IMG/VR virus record: IMGVR_UViG_3300028173_000001
Source: an uncultured virus (IMG/VR IMGVR_UViG_3300028173_000001)
Taxonomy: Duplodnaviria; Heunggongvirae; Uroviricota; Caudoviricetes
Reading direction: 5' to 3' (one strand)
Length of the DNA stretch: 64,000 nucleotides
Part shown: positions 41,247 through 51,322 of the stretch, in pieces
Position numbering within the stretch: the first letter of the stretch is position 1
Layout: each line of letters begins with the position of its first letter
Notes under the pieces: generated by a model
What the model saw: the letters and a program-made list of their open reading frames with translations, nothing else
What the model was told of the DNA's origin: nothing
The model's database searches: none
Translations under genes and position numbers: made by a program

Positions 41247-42085
41247 TCATAATGACAAAGCACAACAAAAAACGCAATGTCGGTCTAATACACGAGCAGC
41301 TGATTAGATACGTTGCCAGCTCGCTAATAGCGCGCGACAAGAAATCAGCAGAGAAAGCAATTGCGATTATTACGAAGCATTTTAAGCAAGACTCTGAGCT
41401 CTTCCGAGAGTTTAGGCTCTTCAATGCGTTGGTGAACCTCCCTGTCGGCTCTCGGAGCTTGGCTGAACGTATTTTGCTCGAGAGCAAGAAATCAGCAATA
41501 ACTCACAGCTCGCAAAAACTTCGGAAAGAGAAATCAAATCTGATCAAGGACATAAACCACGGCCTTTCACAATCAGCACGATTTTACGACATTAAGATCG
41601 AAAGTTATAGATTGTATGCAACAGTCCAGACGATGCTCAATGAGTGGCGAGGCATGGATTCTCTTTCATTGACGAATAAGGCAAAATACGAAGAACAAAT
41701 TGTTGAGCACCTGGCACGCACGTCGACTGCTGTTTTGAAAGAAACATTCGAAGCAGACCCGCTTGTTCGTAAGCTGATGTTCCAGAAATTCGAAGAAAAA
41801 TATAAAGAGCACCTGAGCACACAACAGCAGGCCGTTTTGGAATCAGCGATCCTTGGCGACGAAAACAATTTCAGTACAATCATTTGCGAGATTAAGAAGA
41901 AAGCTCTCATAACTGTCAATGAGTTCAAAAAAACGTGTGACAATAACGTCCTACTCGAAAAAATCGATAACGTAAAAACTAGAATCGAAAGGCTGTCAGA
42001 GGCAAAATCTGATGATACGGTGGCGAAAACACTACACTTGGTTCACCTACTCGAGGAAATGGAGATTAAAAATGAGCAAAAGTAG
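41243..42085 (+). CDS. Hypothetical head-morphogenesis protein
   Basis: Lies between portal and protease; KHNKKRNVGLIHEQL N-terminus. Confidence 0.55.
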   Translation: MIIMTKHNKKRNVGLIHEQLIRYVASSLIARDKKSAEKAIAIITKHFKQDSELFREFRLFNALVNLPVGSRSLAERILLESKKSAITHSSQKLRKEKSNLIKDINHGLSQSARFYDIKIESYRLYATVQTMLNEWRGMDSLSLTNKAKYEEQIVEHLARTSTAVLKETFEADPLVRKLMFQKFEEKYKEHLSTQQQAVLESAILGDENNFSTIICEIKKKALITVNEFKKTCDNNVLLEKIDNVKTRIERLSEAKSDDTVAKTLHLVHLLEEMEIKNEQK

Positions 42086-42677
42086 AAACCTGTTAACAGA
42101 ATGGCTGAAGTTCGATTATACAGCAGATCAAATCAAGGAAAGCCGTGAACAGCACGGCGGTAAGATTGTGATGAAGGGTATTCTGCAAAAAGCAGACACC
42201 TTGAACCAAAACGGCCGCGTGTACCCAGAGTCAATTCTTTCCCGTGAGGTGAGAAACTATCAGAAGTTTATTAAAGAGAACCGTGCCCTCGGCGAATGCG
42301 ATCATCCTGATTCATCTGTTGTAGAGCTAAAAAATTCGTCGCATATCATTCGTAAGGCGTGGATGGACGGCAAAACATGTTTCGGTCTAGTCGAATTGCT
42401 AGACACGCCAAGCGGAAAGATCCTGCAAAGTCTTGTAGAATCGGGTGTAACATTAGGCATCTCTTCACGCGGCGTTGGATCAACAAGTAGAGAGGGTGAT
42501 TATGATGTTGTCCAGGACGACTTCCAACTAATTTGTTGGGACTTCGTTAGTGAGCCCTCAACACCGGGCGCATTTATGATGAAAGAAGGCCGCGACTTTA
42601 CAAGGGCGGATCTAAACCGTCACTTTACGAAATCAGACCGAATCGATAGAGTCTTCAATGACATTTTGGAGTGGTAA
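42072..42677 (+). CDS. Prohead protease (T4 gp21-like)
   Basis: NQNGRVYP, ALGECDHP, TPSGKIL, GISSRGVGS, DFVSEPSTPGA. Confidence 0.92.
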   Translation: MSKSRNLLTEWLKFDYTADQIKESREQHGGKIVMKGILQKADTLNQNGRVYPESILSREVRNYQKFIKENRALGECDHPDSSVVELKNSSHIIRKAWMDGKTCFGLVELLDTPSGKILQSLVESGVTLGISSRGVGSTSREGDYDVVQDDFQLICWDFVSEPSTPGAFMMKEGRDFTRADLNRHFTKSDRIDRVFNDILEW

Positions 42678-43082
42678 ATGAGTCAACAATATGCACCGCC
42701 TGGCCACGGAATGGTCAGCGAATATCAGGCAGCCGGAGTACCGTTTGTCAGCTCATCAGCATCTATGGTGGACACAGCTCCACAAAAGTTCACGTTTCCA
42801 TACGTGGCAAGGCACGTCACGATTTTCAATTCGGGTTCAACACCCGTTCGTGTTGGGTTTACTGAAAACGGTGTCAATGCAAACCCAACTGAATCAAACT
42901 ATTTTTTGGTCTTGGCGATGAGTAACACACCACGTCTTGAATTAAAGTGCGATGAAGTCTTCGTAAGAAAAGACGCCGGAACAGACCCAAACATTGTGTC
43001 AATTGTCGCCGGTTTAACAACAATACCCCGCAAGAACTTCTTTACAATGTCAGGTTCAAACGGTGTCGTAGGAGTAGGATAA
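42678..43082 (+). CDS. Hypothetical head-associated protein
   Basis: 134-aa beta-rich ORF abutting the protease gene. Confidence 0.5.
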   Translation: MSQQYAPPGHGMVSEYQAAGVPFVSSSASMVDTAPQKFTFPYVARHVTIFNSGSTPVRVGFTENGVNANPTESNYFLVLAMSNTPRLELKCDEVFVRKDAGTDPNIVSIVAGLTTIPRKNFFTMSGSNGVVGVG

Positions 43083-43654
43083 TGGCAAAAATGACAAAGG
43101 CGTCGTTGAAGGGTCTCATCAAGGAATGCCTCGTTGAACTTCTAAGTGAGGGGCTCGGCGTTCCGCAGCAAAGTCTAACTGAGGGCTCACGTCGCCGAGA
43201 ACCTGTGCAAGAATTGCGACGCCCACAACGCCAACAGCGGCGTCAACCAAAACGTCAGCAGAAAAGAACATCCATTTTTGATCAAATGGACGAGTCTTTC
43301 CAGCAACGTTTTGGTGGAAATGATACCACATCAAACTTGGCAACGATGGCAACCGATGATGTGATGCTTCAAAGTATTTTGAATGAGACGGCGAATACAA
43401 CGTACCGCGAACGAATGAAACACGAAACAAATGTGCCGTCGGTCCCTCGGATGTCAGCACCATCTTTGCCGGGCCCTCGAGATGCATATGGCATGGTCCA
43501 GGAAAACATGCCGGAGGCAGCGTATACAAGGCGGCCTCAACCTCCTGTTCAACACCAGGCTGCCGCCGGTCTTGACATCAATGCGTTGTTTGGTGATGCC
43601 GCGGCGAATTGGAGCGAAGTTTTAGAGCGTTCGACGACTAAAAAACTTCCATAA
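43082..43654 (+). CDS. Hypothetical protein with leader MTKASLKGLIKECLVELLSE
   Basis: Leader resembles the MKITE family; low-complexity body. Confidence 0.5.
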   Translation: MAKMTKASLKGLIKECLVELLSEGLGVPQQSLTEGSRRREPVQELRRPQRQQRRQPKRQQKRTSIFDQMDESFQQRFGGNDTTSNLATMATDDVMLQSILNETANTTYRERMKHETNVPSVPRMSAPSLPGPRDAYGMVQENMPEAAYTRRPQPPVQHQAAAGLDINALFGDAAANWSEVLERSTTKKLP

Positions 43655-43694
43655 GCATATTTAGACAAGAGCCCACAAGGCGAAGGAGAATTTT

Positions 43695-43973
43695 ATGGCA
43701 AAGAGAGTACGACGAATTACACCTGGCTTCCTGAAGAAGATTATCATTCAAGAGGCTAGGAAACTAAAACTAGAAACGATCGAGCAGGGCAAGAAGGAAG
43801 CAGAAGATGTCAATGCTGACGAAGTTGATGCTGACGCACTGGCCGGTACGCTTGAGCAGGATCTTGACTTTATCAAGGCACTGAAGATCAAGGAAGCAAA
43901 GATGGTTCGCGGTCTCAAGCGATTGCGCGAGCAGAAATCAAAGTTGCGTCGTCGAATTGGTCGCCGAATCTAA
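43695..43973 (+). CDS. Small head-core-like protein
   Basis: AAGGAG RBS, late motif at 43657; LKKIIIQEARK leader. Confidence 0.55.
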   Translation: MAKRVRRITPGFLKKIIIQEARKLKLETIEQGKKEAEDVNADEVDADALAGTLEQDLDFIKALKIKEAKMVRGLKRLREQKSKLRRRIGRRI

Positions 43974-44002
43974 GAACTTGGTTAAGCTAGAAGGGGAATA
44001 TC

Positions 44003-44578
44003 ATGGCGATTGAAGTCATTAAAAAATCAGAGCAGGTTACTATCGAGCCCGACAAGAAGTTGGGATATCGTGGAAACCTAAACACGGAAGGTGCAATGGG
44101 CAAAGCAAACGCTACAGCTCTAACATCTATTTTTAAGGGCTCTCCACTTCCAGGTTACTCCCCAACGAAAATCAAGGTCGGCGGCGAGAAGGATGATATT
44201 GATACTTCGGATGCTGCGGCATACCGAAAGTGGTTCATCAACAACGTCGTGAAAGGAAATGTCAACGATGAGGCTTACGGTCTCGGACAATTCCATCTTG
44301 ACTATAATGATAAGACAACAAACCTTCCTGACATGAATGGCGTAAAGACGGGTGCCGCTGGTCTTCCGGCAACACCTTTCGTTCCCAACCCTGTTTCTCC
44401 TGGTGAAGGAAGTGTCAACCCATCTACAATGGCCGCAGCCCCAGAAGGATTCGTTAACAAGCAGACACCAAGTGCACCATTCTCCGGTGCTAGCGTTTCG
44501 CTACCATCTGATGGAACGAAAGCTGAGCCTGCACGAAACCCAACCAACACCGCTAAGCAGATAAAAGATCGTCTATAG
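44003..44578 (+). CDS. Hypothetical protein
   Basis: AGGGG RBS; in the head operon. Confidence 0.55.
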   Translation: MAIEVIKKSEQVTIEPDKKLGYRGNLNTEGAMGKANATALTSIFKGSPLPGYSPTKIKVGGEKDDIDTSDAAAYRKWFINNVVKGNVNDEAYGLGQFHLDYNDKTTNLPDMNGVKTGAAGLPATPFVPNPVSPGEGSVNPSTMAAAPEGFVNKQTPSAPFSGASVSLPSDGTKAEPARNPTNTAKQIKDRL

Positions 44579-44591
44579 ACAATCGGAATAG

Positions 44592-45110
44592 TTGATAAAA
44601 ATGATTATTGACAAACTCCACGAAGCAATGTCGAAACCCGACGCCAGAACCGGCTTGGGCTTCGGCATGCTTGAACCCCAATTTCATGACGAGAAAGAAT
44701 CTGGCTCATCATTTCCATACGTTGAAGATGATCCTTACAAAGACGCACCTGACGCAGACGAATTAGACGTCGACGCTGTTACAAATAAGGGTGCCGGGTT
44801 TATCCCATCAGACAGTTTTCACATCAGCTCCCGCCCGAATCCATACTATTTTTCTGAAGGCACAGATAGCTTGTGTGGCTGCTTCTGGGATTGTGAACAG
44901 GTTATCATTGAGATGGCAAACTATGATGCTGGCGTGAGTGCTAGTGGCGGTGTGGCTGGTTCTAATTACAAACGGACAGGGTCATTGAGGGGTTGGGCAT
45001 CAGCTCCACCGGAATCATTTCCTGCAGCAGAAGAAAATTCTGATGATTTTGAAAATGAAGAGCATATTTATTCAGTGCAAGATTTGGTAAAAAATGAAGA
45101 CGAAAGTTAG
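44592..45110 (+). CDS. Acidic hypothetical protein
   Basis: 172-aa ORF in the head operon. Confidence 0.5.
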   Translation: MIKMIIDKLHEAMSKPDARTGLGFGMLEPQFHDEKESGSSFPYVEDDPYKDAPDADELDVDAVTNKGAGFIPSDSFHISSRPNPYYFSEGTDSLCGCFWDCEQVIIEMANYDAGVSASGGVAGSNYKRTGSLRGWASAPPESFPAAEENSDDFENEEHIYSVQDLVKNEDES

Positions 45111-45151
45111 TTTTCCAAAGTTACCGAATACTTAGTTGCAAGAGGTTATGG

Positions 45152-46894
45152 ATGTCAACAGTATATGACGAAGCATTGCTAGACGCGCGAAAGATTCGAG
45201 ACGCAGCCGAACAGGCTGCACAGGCTCGAATTATGGAAACGATAACTCCGCAAATCAGGGAAATGATCAACAACAGAATCTTGTTCGAACAAGACGAAGT
45301 TGATGATGATGATTCTGATGAAGACGGCGACGGCGCGATGGGCGGAATGGAAGACGATTACGATCTAGAATCCATGCTCGACGGAATGCCAGATGTCGGA
45401 GTTGATTTCGAAGATGCTGCGTCGCAAGAGGCAGTCACGCAGGCAGGTTCTGTTTCAGTTCACGCCGCAGGCGACGTAAACATTAACGTATCAGAGTCAC
45501 ACGACGAAATGATGCTAGGTGAAGCCGGCGCAAACGTTCTTGCTTCCCTTATTAATAAGGACTTCGTCGCCCCACGCCGTCTTGAAGAAAAAATCGACGC
45601 CCTATCGAAGCGAGTTAAGAAACTCGGCGATGTGGTGAGCGTGCTCCGAGAGAGCAAACTATCAACCGTTAAAAGAAAACGATTAGAACTGGGTTTTATG
45701 TCATGTGTTAAGGACGCTGTGTCCTTGCAGAATGAAGTAAAATTGAGTGGAACGGGTCATCGGCGCCTTCATGCAAAGCTGAATTCTACCATTAAGGAGA
45801 TGAGAGAAATGTCAAGTAAATACAAAAAGAACATTTTCGACTTTCTTTTCGAGGGCGATGCCGCTGAATCGAAGAAGAAAGATGCGGACGACGCCGTGAA
45901 CGAGCAGGAAGAAACTGGAGAGGACGTTGAGGTTCTTGATGGTGGGCTCGAGGATTCGGGCGAAGAGCTTGATTTGGATGTCGAAGAAGAAGGCGTCCCA
46001 ACAGGCGATGTTGACGTCGACGCTGCAACTGCTGCGCTACAGAGTCTAGGCTCTGCTCTTGGTCTTGACCTTGAGATTGCTGGCGAAGGTGGTGACGAAA
46101 TGGACTATGAGGAAGGTGGCGAAGAAGGGTTCGACGATGTCGAAGAATTGGACGTTGACCTTGAGGAGTCTGCATGGAGCGGACTGAAAGAGTCTGACGA
46201 CTTGGATGAAGTATACGAAATCGATGAGTCGGTTCTTCGTAAGGAGCTTTCACGCATGAGAAATGGTAATGGTCGCAAGATCCGAGAGTCACGTGGTCGT
46301 TCAAAACTACGCCGAATGGTTCGCGAAGCCGCTGAAGATGAGGCCGACCAGTTTGGTGATGGCAAGATTCTCGGTGACGTGATTGAAATCGATGAAGACA
46401 CACTGATCAACGTCCTAGCGGATGAGCTTGGTAGTGTTGCTGAAAGTCGTCGACGACGAGCTGGTCGTCGTCGAGTTGCTGAAGGTCGAGGGCGACGTCC
46501 AGCTCGCCCATCGCGAGGCCACTCACGTGCTATGAAAGAAGCAAAGACATACAAAACAGCGGCAACCAAGTTGAAGAAACAACTGGTTGAAATGAACATG
46601 TTCAACGCGAAGCTCTTGTTTGCTAACAAGTTGCTCCAGAACAAGGGTCTAACCGTAAAACAACAGCGAGCAATTGTTGAGGCGATCGATAATGCCAAGA
46701 CGCTCCGTGAGGCAAAACTGCTTTACAAATCACTCTCCGAGTCACTCACTCGTAGGGGCCAAGGTGGCAACATGCTGAGTGAAGGAAAAAGGACTCTCGG
46801 GTCGTCTTCCAGATCAACCCGGTCAGGACAACCTGCCAAAAGTGGCGTTGATGCAGGTCGATGGGCAGTCCTAGCAGGTCTTCCCGGCAAATAA
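45152..46894 (+). CDS. Prohead core/scaffolding protein
   Basis: Directly upstream of MCP; acidic middle; EMNMFNAKLLFANKL, LREAKLLYKSL, C-terminal RWAVLAG. Confidence 0.8.
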   Translation: MSTVYDEALLDARKIRDAAEQAAQARIMETITPQIREMINNRILFEQDEVDDDDSDEDGDGAMGGMEDDYDLESMLDGMPDVGVDFEDAASQEAVTQAGSVSVHAAGDVNINVSESHDEMMLGEAGANVLASLINKDFVAPRRLEEKIDALSKRVKKLGDVVSVLRESKLSTVKRKRLELGFMSCVKDAVSLQNEVKLSGTGHRRLHAKLNSTIKEMREMSSKYKKNIFDFLFEGDAAESKKKDADDAVNEQEETGEDVEVLDGGLEDSGEELDLDVEEEGVPTGDVDVDAATAALQSLGSALGLDLEIAGEGGDEMDYEEGGEEGFDDVEELDVDLEESAWSGLKESDDLDEVYEIDESVLRKELSRMRNGNGRKIRESRGRSKLRRMVREAAEDEADQFGDGKILGDVIEIDEDTLINVLADELGSVAESRRRRAGRRRVAEGRGRRPARPSRGHSRAMKEAKTYKTAATKLKKQLVEMNMFNAKLLFANKLLQNKGLTVKQQRAIVEAIDNAKTLREAKLLYKSLSESLTRRGQGGNMLSEGKRTLGSSSRSTRSGQPAKSGVDAGRWAVLAGLPGK

Positions 46895-46918
46895 TTTTGC
46901 CGAAAGTCATAGACAACA

Positions 46919-46925
46919 ATACTTA
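46919..46925 (+). promoter_or_regulatory. ATAHTTA putative late promoter motif (copy upstream of MCP)
   Basis: Same heptamer found just upstream of genes at 10998, 20496, 27095, 29666, 32263, 43657, 45128, 48948, 49959, 50363, 54071, 57386, 57858, 58468, 61645 and on the minus strand at 57360-57366. Confidence 0.7.
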
Positions 46926-46945
46926 AGTTCAAAGGAGAACATATA

Positions 46946-48844
46946 ATGTCTACATTTAATCTAGAAATGCTAACCGAGGGGATTCAAAAACGTCACGTCG
47001 GCTCGCAAAACAAACTACTCATCGAGAAGTGGAACCGTACTGGTCTTCTTCGCGGCCTTGACGGCACGAAACGAGAGAACATGGCGCGCTTGCTCGAAAG
47101 TCAGGCTGGCCAGGTTATCAAGGAAGCATCATCGATTTCGACCGGTGGCGCTAACGGAACCTCGTCTGGTGACCTTCGTGGTTTCACAAACATCGCATTC
47201 CCATTGGTTCGCCGAGTCTTCGGTGGATTGATTGCGAACGACCTTGTTTCGATCCAGCCAATGAGCCTTCCTTCCGGACTGCTCTTCTACATGGACTACA
47301 CCTACGGTGGAAACATGGCAGGTTCGGTCGGCGCGGCGACACCTTATTCTTCAGGTTCGTCAATTTACAACAGCCCAGCGGGTAAAGGCGTTCAGTCTGG
47401 TTCGCAGGGCGTTGGTGGTCAGTACGACCTTGCTGGCTCGGGTTACTCTCGAGTTTACGGTGTGACTGCTGCAGTTTCATTGTCGGCATCAGGTGCTTTC
47501 GGTTCCGGAACAGTGTTCAGCAATGCTAAAACATTGGCTGCAACAGGTTCTGACGGCAAGTTGCTTCAGTACGACCCGCAAATCACAAACGCAATCGAGA
47601 ACAACGCGGCACCAGTTGGTGGCGGACCGGGTGCTCTTACAGGTTCTGCTGTATATCACGCACTCGTGGTTTCGTTGGCTTCAGGTGGTACGCTCTTCGG
47701 TGATGCTGACCTTACGTTGTCTAAGGACTTCTCGTTGGCTCCAGTGGCCCCATACAAGGTTGTTGGAAACGACACCAATGGTAACGCAATCCAGGGTGGT
47801 AGCACAGCTAACATCCGTCGATTGAACCAGATGGGAACCTGGGACGGCACAAACTTCACGCCTAACGGCTTGGTCAAGGCAGGCGATGCTAACGCAGCGC
47901 TCTTGATGATTGTGTCTGGTGCTAACCAGGGCGGCCTCGCTGCTCCTGCAACCGTGCTTGCTAAGCCATTGGCTGCTGCACTCGATTCGGCTGCAAACAC
48001 TGGTGATACGTTGGTCATTCCTTCGTTCGAGTCTGACTTCGCGGTCGACCCATCACCTGCAATCCCAGAAATCGACATCAAGATCGAGTCAATCGCTGTT
48101 GTGGCTGAGACTCGTAAGTTGCGTGCCCGCTGGTCGCCAGAAATGGCACAGGACCTGAACGCTTACCACAGCCTTGACGCTGAGGTTGAGCTGACACACA
48201 TCCTGTCCGAGCAGATCGCAATGGAGCTTGACCGAGAGATCTTGAATGACTTGCTGACACAGGCTGGAGCTGCGCGCTTCTACTGGTCACGTAGCCCAGG
48301 TAAGTTCCTCAACAAGCAGACTGGTATCGAAGTCAACCGTACAAACTCGTTGACACCTGGCCCGGCATTCACCGGTACAGTTCGAGAGTGGTACGAGACT
48401 CTTATCGAGACCATCATCGACGTTGCTAACGAGATTCATCGTAAGACGCTACGTGGTTCGGCTAACTTCATCGTTGTCGGCCCGGATGTTGCAACAATCT
48501 TCGAGTCTTCAATCCTGTACAAGCCAAGCTTCTCGCTTGACGCTGACGGACAGGTTGGCCCGATGGTTATCGGTGCTGAGAAGGTTGGTACCCTGTCGAA
48601 TCGATTCTCGGTTTACAAGGACCCTTACTTCCCACGCAACCAGATTCTGGTTGGATACAAGGGCGGAAGCTACCTGGAGACAGGATACGTCTACGCTCCT
48701 TACGTCCCGCTGATCGTGACTCCTACCATCTTCGCACCGGAAGACTTCACTCCTCGAAAGGGCGTGATGACTCGGTACGGTAAGAAAATGGTCCGTAACG
48801 ATTTCTACGGAACTGTGACATGTCTTGACATGAACGTTATCTAG
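46946..48844 (+). CDS. Major capsid protein (T4 gp23-like)
   Basis: FPLVRRVFG, IQPMSLPSGLLFY, TRKLRARWSPEMAQDLNAYH, YAPYVPL, PRKGVMTRYG. Confidence 0.95.
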   Translation: MSTFNLEMLTEGIQKRHVGSQNKLLIEKWNRTGLLRGLDGTKRENMARLLESQAGQVIKEASSISTGGANGTSSGDLRGFTNIAFPLVRRVFGGLIANDLVSIQPMSLPSGLLFYMDYTYGGNMAGSVGAATPYSSGSSIYNSPAGKGVQSGSQGVGGQYDLAGSGYSRVYGVTAAVSLSASGAFGSGTVFSNAKTLAATGSDGKLLQYDPQITNAIENNAAPVGGGPGALTGSAVYHALVVSLASGGTLFGDADLTLSKDFSLAPVAPYKVVGNDTNGNAIQGGSTANIRRLNQMGTWDGTNFTPNGLVKAGDANAALLMIVSGANQGGLAAPATVLAKPLAAALDSAANTGDTLVIPSFESDFAVDPSPAIPEIDIKIESIAVVAETRKLRARWSPEMAQDLNAYHSLDAEVELTHILSEQIAMELDREILNDLLTQAGAARFYWSRSPGKFLNKQTGIEVNRTNSLTPGPAFTGTVREWYETLIETIIDVANEIHRKTLRGSANFIVVGPDVATIFESSILYKPSFSLDADGQVGPMVIGAEKVGTLSNRFSVYKDPYFPRNQILVGYKGGSYLETGYVYAPYVPLIVTPTIFAPEDFTPRKGVMTRYGKKMVRNDFYGTVTCLDMNVI

Positions 48845-48850
48845 GTTGAC

Positions 48851-48910
48851 CATCTAGTTACCACTAGATGATTGGAAAGGCGCCCCCACAAAGGGCGCCT
48901 TTTCCTTTTT
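48851..48910 (+). terminator. Small hairpin plus intrinsic terminator after MCP
   Basis: CATCTAGT/ACTAGATG hairpin, then AAAGGCGCCC/GGGCGCCTTT stem followed by a T-rich tract. Confidence 0.8.
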
Positions 48911-48958
48911 AACCATCTTTTTCCTATACAATTCATTCATTTCCTATATATTTATTGT

Positions 48959-49954
48959 ATGATGGAAAAACAAATAGAAAAAGTAAAGTGCAAGTACTGC
49001 GACAAGATGTTGAGAAATACGCCGAGATCCGTCGGTGCTCATGTTGGTTATTGGCATAAGGATATCGCAAAAGAGATTTATGCAAAACCTGTCGTCGAGT
49101 TCACAATAAAGTGTAAGATTTGCGACGAGCTTGTTGCAAATTCAAACAATGTTCTTGCTCGTCACGTAAGAAAAGAGCATAAAATTGAATGGCCGGCATA
49201 TCAAGTTCGTACAGAACATAACAACATCTGGCCGGTATGCAAGTGCGGCTGCAATACGAAACTCAAATGGGCGAAGGGCGGGTTTCCTGAATATCTTCGT
49301 GGACACAGTAACAAAGGCAAAAATAATGGAATGTATGGAAAACGAGGAGCCGACAGTCCAAACTTTGGAAAGGTAAGAACATCTGAGCAAAAAGAGCGTT
49401 ACAGTAAGGCGGCTCAAAAAAGGTGGGACGAGGATTATGATAAAAGGGTTGAGGTGCTAAGAACTGACGAGTACCGTGAGAAGCAAAGACTTGCCGGCCA
49501 TAAAACCGCCGCAAGGCAGGATGTAAAGAAGAAGAAATCAGTTGCATCAAAACGTTGGTGGCAAAACAATCCAGAAATGAAAAAAGTATACAGCGAACGT
49601 GCCATCCAGTTGCTAGAGGACGGCGTCATCGGGCCGCAGGCGCCATTCAAGACCGAGTGGAAGTTCAACCCGTTCACACAGCAAGAAGAATACATGCACT
49701 CCGGGTGGGAGTCCCGTTTCCTGGACGAATGTGTATCTCGGGGCGAGCCAGTCACCAAGAAACACGACATCCGCATCCCATACAAAGACCCAAACGGCGT
49801 CGAGCGAACCTATGTCCCAGACTTCCTATCACTCTCAGGTTCAATGCTTTACGAAGTCAAAGGTCAGGAAAATGACAACGACCCATTGAAATATCAAGCG
49901 GCAATCGATTGGAGCTTTCAGAACGATAAGGAATTTTGTGTGATTCGATTCTAA
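48959..49954 (+). CDS. Homing-type endonuclease (TnsA-like PD-(D/E)xK domain, C2H2-type Zn fingers)
   Basis: CKYC..H...H, CKIC..HVRKEH, CKCGC, MHSGWE, TYVPDF, YEVKG. Confidence 0.75.
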   Translation: MMEKQIEKVKCKYCDKMLRNTPRSVGAHVGYWHKDIAKEIYAKPVVEFTIKCKICDELVANSNNVLARHVRKEHKIEWPAYQVRTEHNNIWPVCKCGCNTKLKWAKGGFPEYLRGHSNKGKNNGMYGKRGADSPNFGKVRTSEQKERYSKAAQKRWDEDYDKRVEVLRTDEYREKQRLAGHKTAARQDVKKKKSVASKRWWQNNPEMKKVYSERAIQLLEDGVIGPQAPFKTEWKFNPFTQQEEYMHSGWESRFLDECVSRGEPVTKKHDIRIPYKDPNGVERTYVPDFLSLSGSMLYEVKGQENDNDPLKYQAAIDWSFQNDKEFCVIRF

Positions 49955-49986
49955 GCAGATAATTAGAAATACAATAGGGGACATCA

Positions 49987-50238
49987 ATGAAAATCACAAA
50001 ATCAAATCTCAGGAAACTCATCAGAGAGCAAAAACATTCGCGTCGTGATCTCTGGATAACGCTCCACAATCTCGCGCCATCACCAGGCATAATCCCATGG
50101 GCCGAAGCGGAACATGAAACAGGTCATAGCAAGGATGAGATAATGAACTACATTCAGTCTGAGGCCGACGATTCTGATTTGTACTGGATGGACTACAATG
50201 CTGAGGGTCTCGATCTTGATGACCCAATGTCTGTGTGA
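49987..50238 (+). CDS. MKIT-leader protein 1
   Basis: MKITKSNLRKLIREQ; AGGGG RBS. Confidence 0.7.
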   Translation: MKITKSNLRKLIREQKHSRRDLWITLHNLAPSPGIIPWAEAEHETGHSKDEIMNYIQSEADDSDLYWMDYNAEGLDLDDPMSV

Positions 50239-50239
50239 C

Positions 50240-50304
50240 TGGCTAGCTTCGGTTAGCTAAACGTTTGAAGGGCTCCTGGAGAAATCTGGGAGCCCTTCGT
50301 CTTT
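50240..50304 (+). terminator. cUUCGg hairpin plus GC-rich stem-loop, probable terminator
   Basis: TGGCTAGC-TTCG-GTTAGCTA, then GAAGGGCTCC/GGAGCCCTTC followed by GTCTTT. Confidence 0.6.
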
Positions 50305-50307
50305 GGC

Positions 50308-50336
50308 ATGTAATATTCGTGTATGTGTGGTATAAT
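50308..50336 (+). promoter_or_regulatory. Sigma70-like promoter ATGTAA-N17-TATAAT
   Basis: Matches the GTGTAA-N17-TATAAT family with extended -10. Confidence 0.55.
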
Positions 50337-50391
50337 ATTTATGTAATTTCGGGTGCAATTAGATATTTAGTGATACATATACGAGGCACAA

Positions 50392-50607
50392 ATGAAAATC
50401 ACAGAATCAGAACTCAGAAAACTGATAAAAGAATCGCACGTCTCAGACTGGGGCCAAAATGAAACATCAGATTTCACTTGGGATCATGAGATGGACAGGG
50501 CACTGGAGTTCCTAAAGCGCGCCGAGGTTATTCTGGCTTCCATCGGTCATGAAATCGGAGCCGATGCTGTTCGTAGTGCGATCGACACCGCGGTGGAGAA
50601 CCAATGA
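50392..50607 (+). CDS. MKIT-leader protein 2
   Basis: MKITESELRKLIKES. Confidence 0.7.
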   Translation: MKITESELRKLIKESHVSDWGQNETSDFTWDHEMDRALEFLKRAEVILASIGHEIGADAVRSAIDTAVENQ

Positions 50608-50846
50608 AAATCACAGAAACACAGCTCAGGAAACTAATCCGAGAGCAAGCTGAAGGCAAAACCGATCGGGCAGAACAGCTATTCAATCAGTTAGGCCCAG
50701 ACGAACAAAAAGCCATCGAAAGCCTGTTGGGAAAGAAAGAGTTTTGTCAAGCAATTGCGAAAGAGCTCGCGACACACGGTGAACAAGTTGGGAAGCTGCC
50801 TGTCATTCGGGCGATTGCCCTGACCCTGATAGGAAGGTCACAATGA
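50604..50846 (+). CDS. MKIT-leader protein 3
   Basis: MKITETQLRKLIREQ; ATGA overlap. Confidence 0.7.
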   Translation: MKITETQLRKLIREQAEGKTDRAEQLFNQLGPDEQKAIESLLGKKEFCQAIAKELATHGEQVGKLPVIRAIALTLIGRSQ

Positions 50847-51322
50847 AAATCACCGAATCACAACTAAAAATTGTCGTGAAGAAGCTGCTATCTGAGCAAT
50901 CATCGCGAAAGAGGTACATCACTGTTTCTGACAGTTTTAATAGTCGTACGCGTTTGGAAGTAACGGAAAAACAGCTCGCTGCGATCAAAGCGGGAATCCC
51001 TGGAGGAAACGGACGATCGACTGATGTTGATGACACTGTTCCTGGAATGGCGACCCGTGTTTCATGGTCGAAGACACTGCGGAATTTCTTTGACTGGCAA
51101 CTGGTGGAAGCGATGGAGGCGTTAGGTTTCAAACACTCAGGTGCTTCGGATGACCATCATCCCGCCGGAAACTGGACTAAATCGAAACATACATGGACGG
51201 ATTCCTCCGGCAATTCTTGGTCATTGGCTCGCTTTTCTGGGAATAGAACGACGTATGAGACAGTCCTTACATTTGCAGAACCGGTTGTAGCGACAAGAAA
51301 ATACAAAGGTAGGCATCAATGA
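50843..51322 (+). CDS. MKIT-leader protein 4
   Basis: MKITESQLKIVVKKLLSEQ; ATGA overlap. Confidence 0.7.
   Translation: MKITESQLKIVVKKLLSEQSSRKRYITVSDSFNSRTRLEVTEKQLAAIKAGIPGGNGRSTDVDDTVPGMATRVSWSKTLRNFFDWQLVEAMEALGFKHSGASDDHHPAGNWTKSKHTWTDSSGNSWSLARFSGNRTTYETVLTFAEPVVATRKYKGRHQ

Noticed and set aside
29678..49954. Tn7-like transposon implied by TnsA-like domains
   Set aside because: No TnsB/TnsC genes or terminal repeats seen; the Zn-finger/NUMOD architecture fits free-standing homing endonucleases
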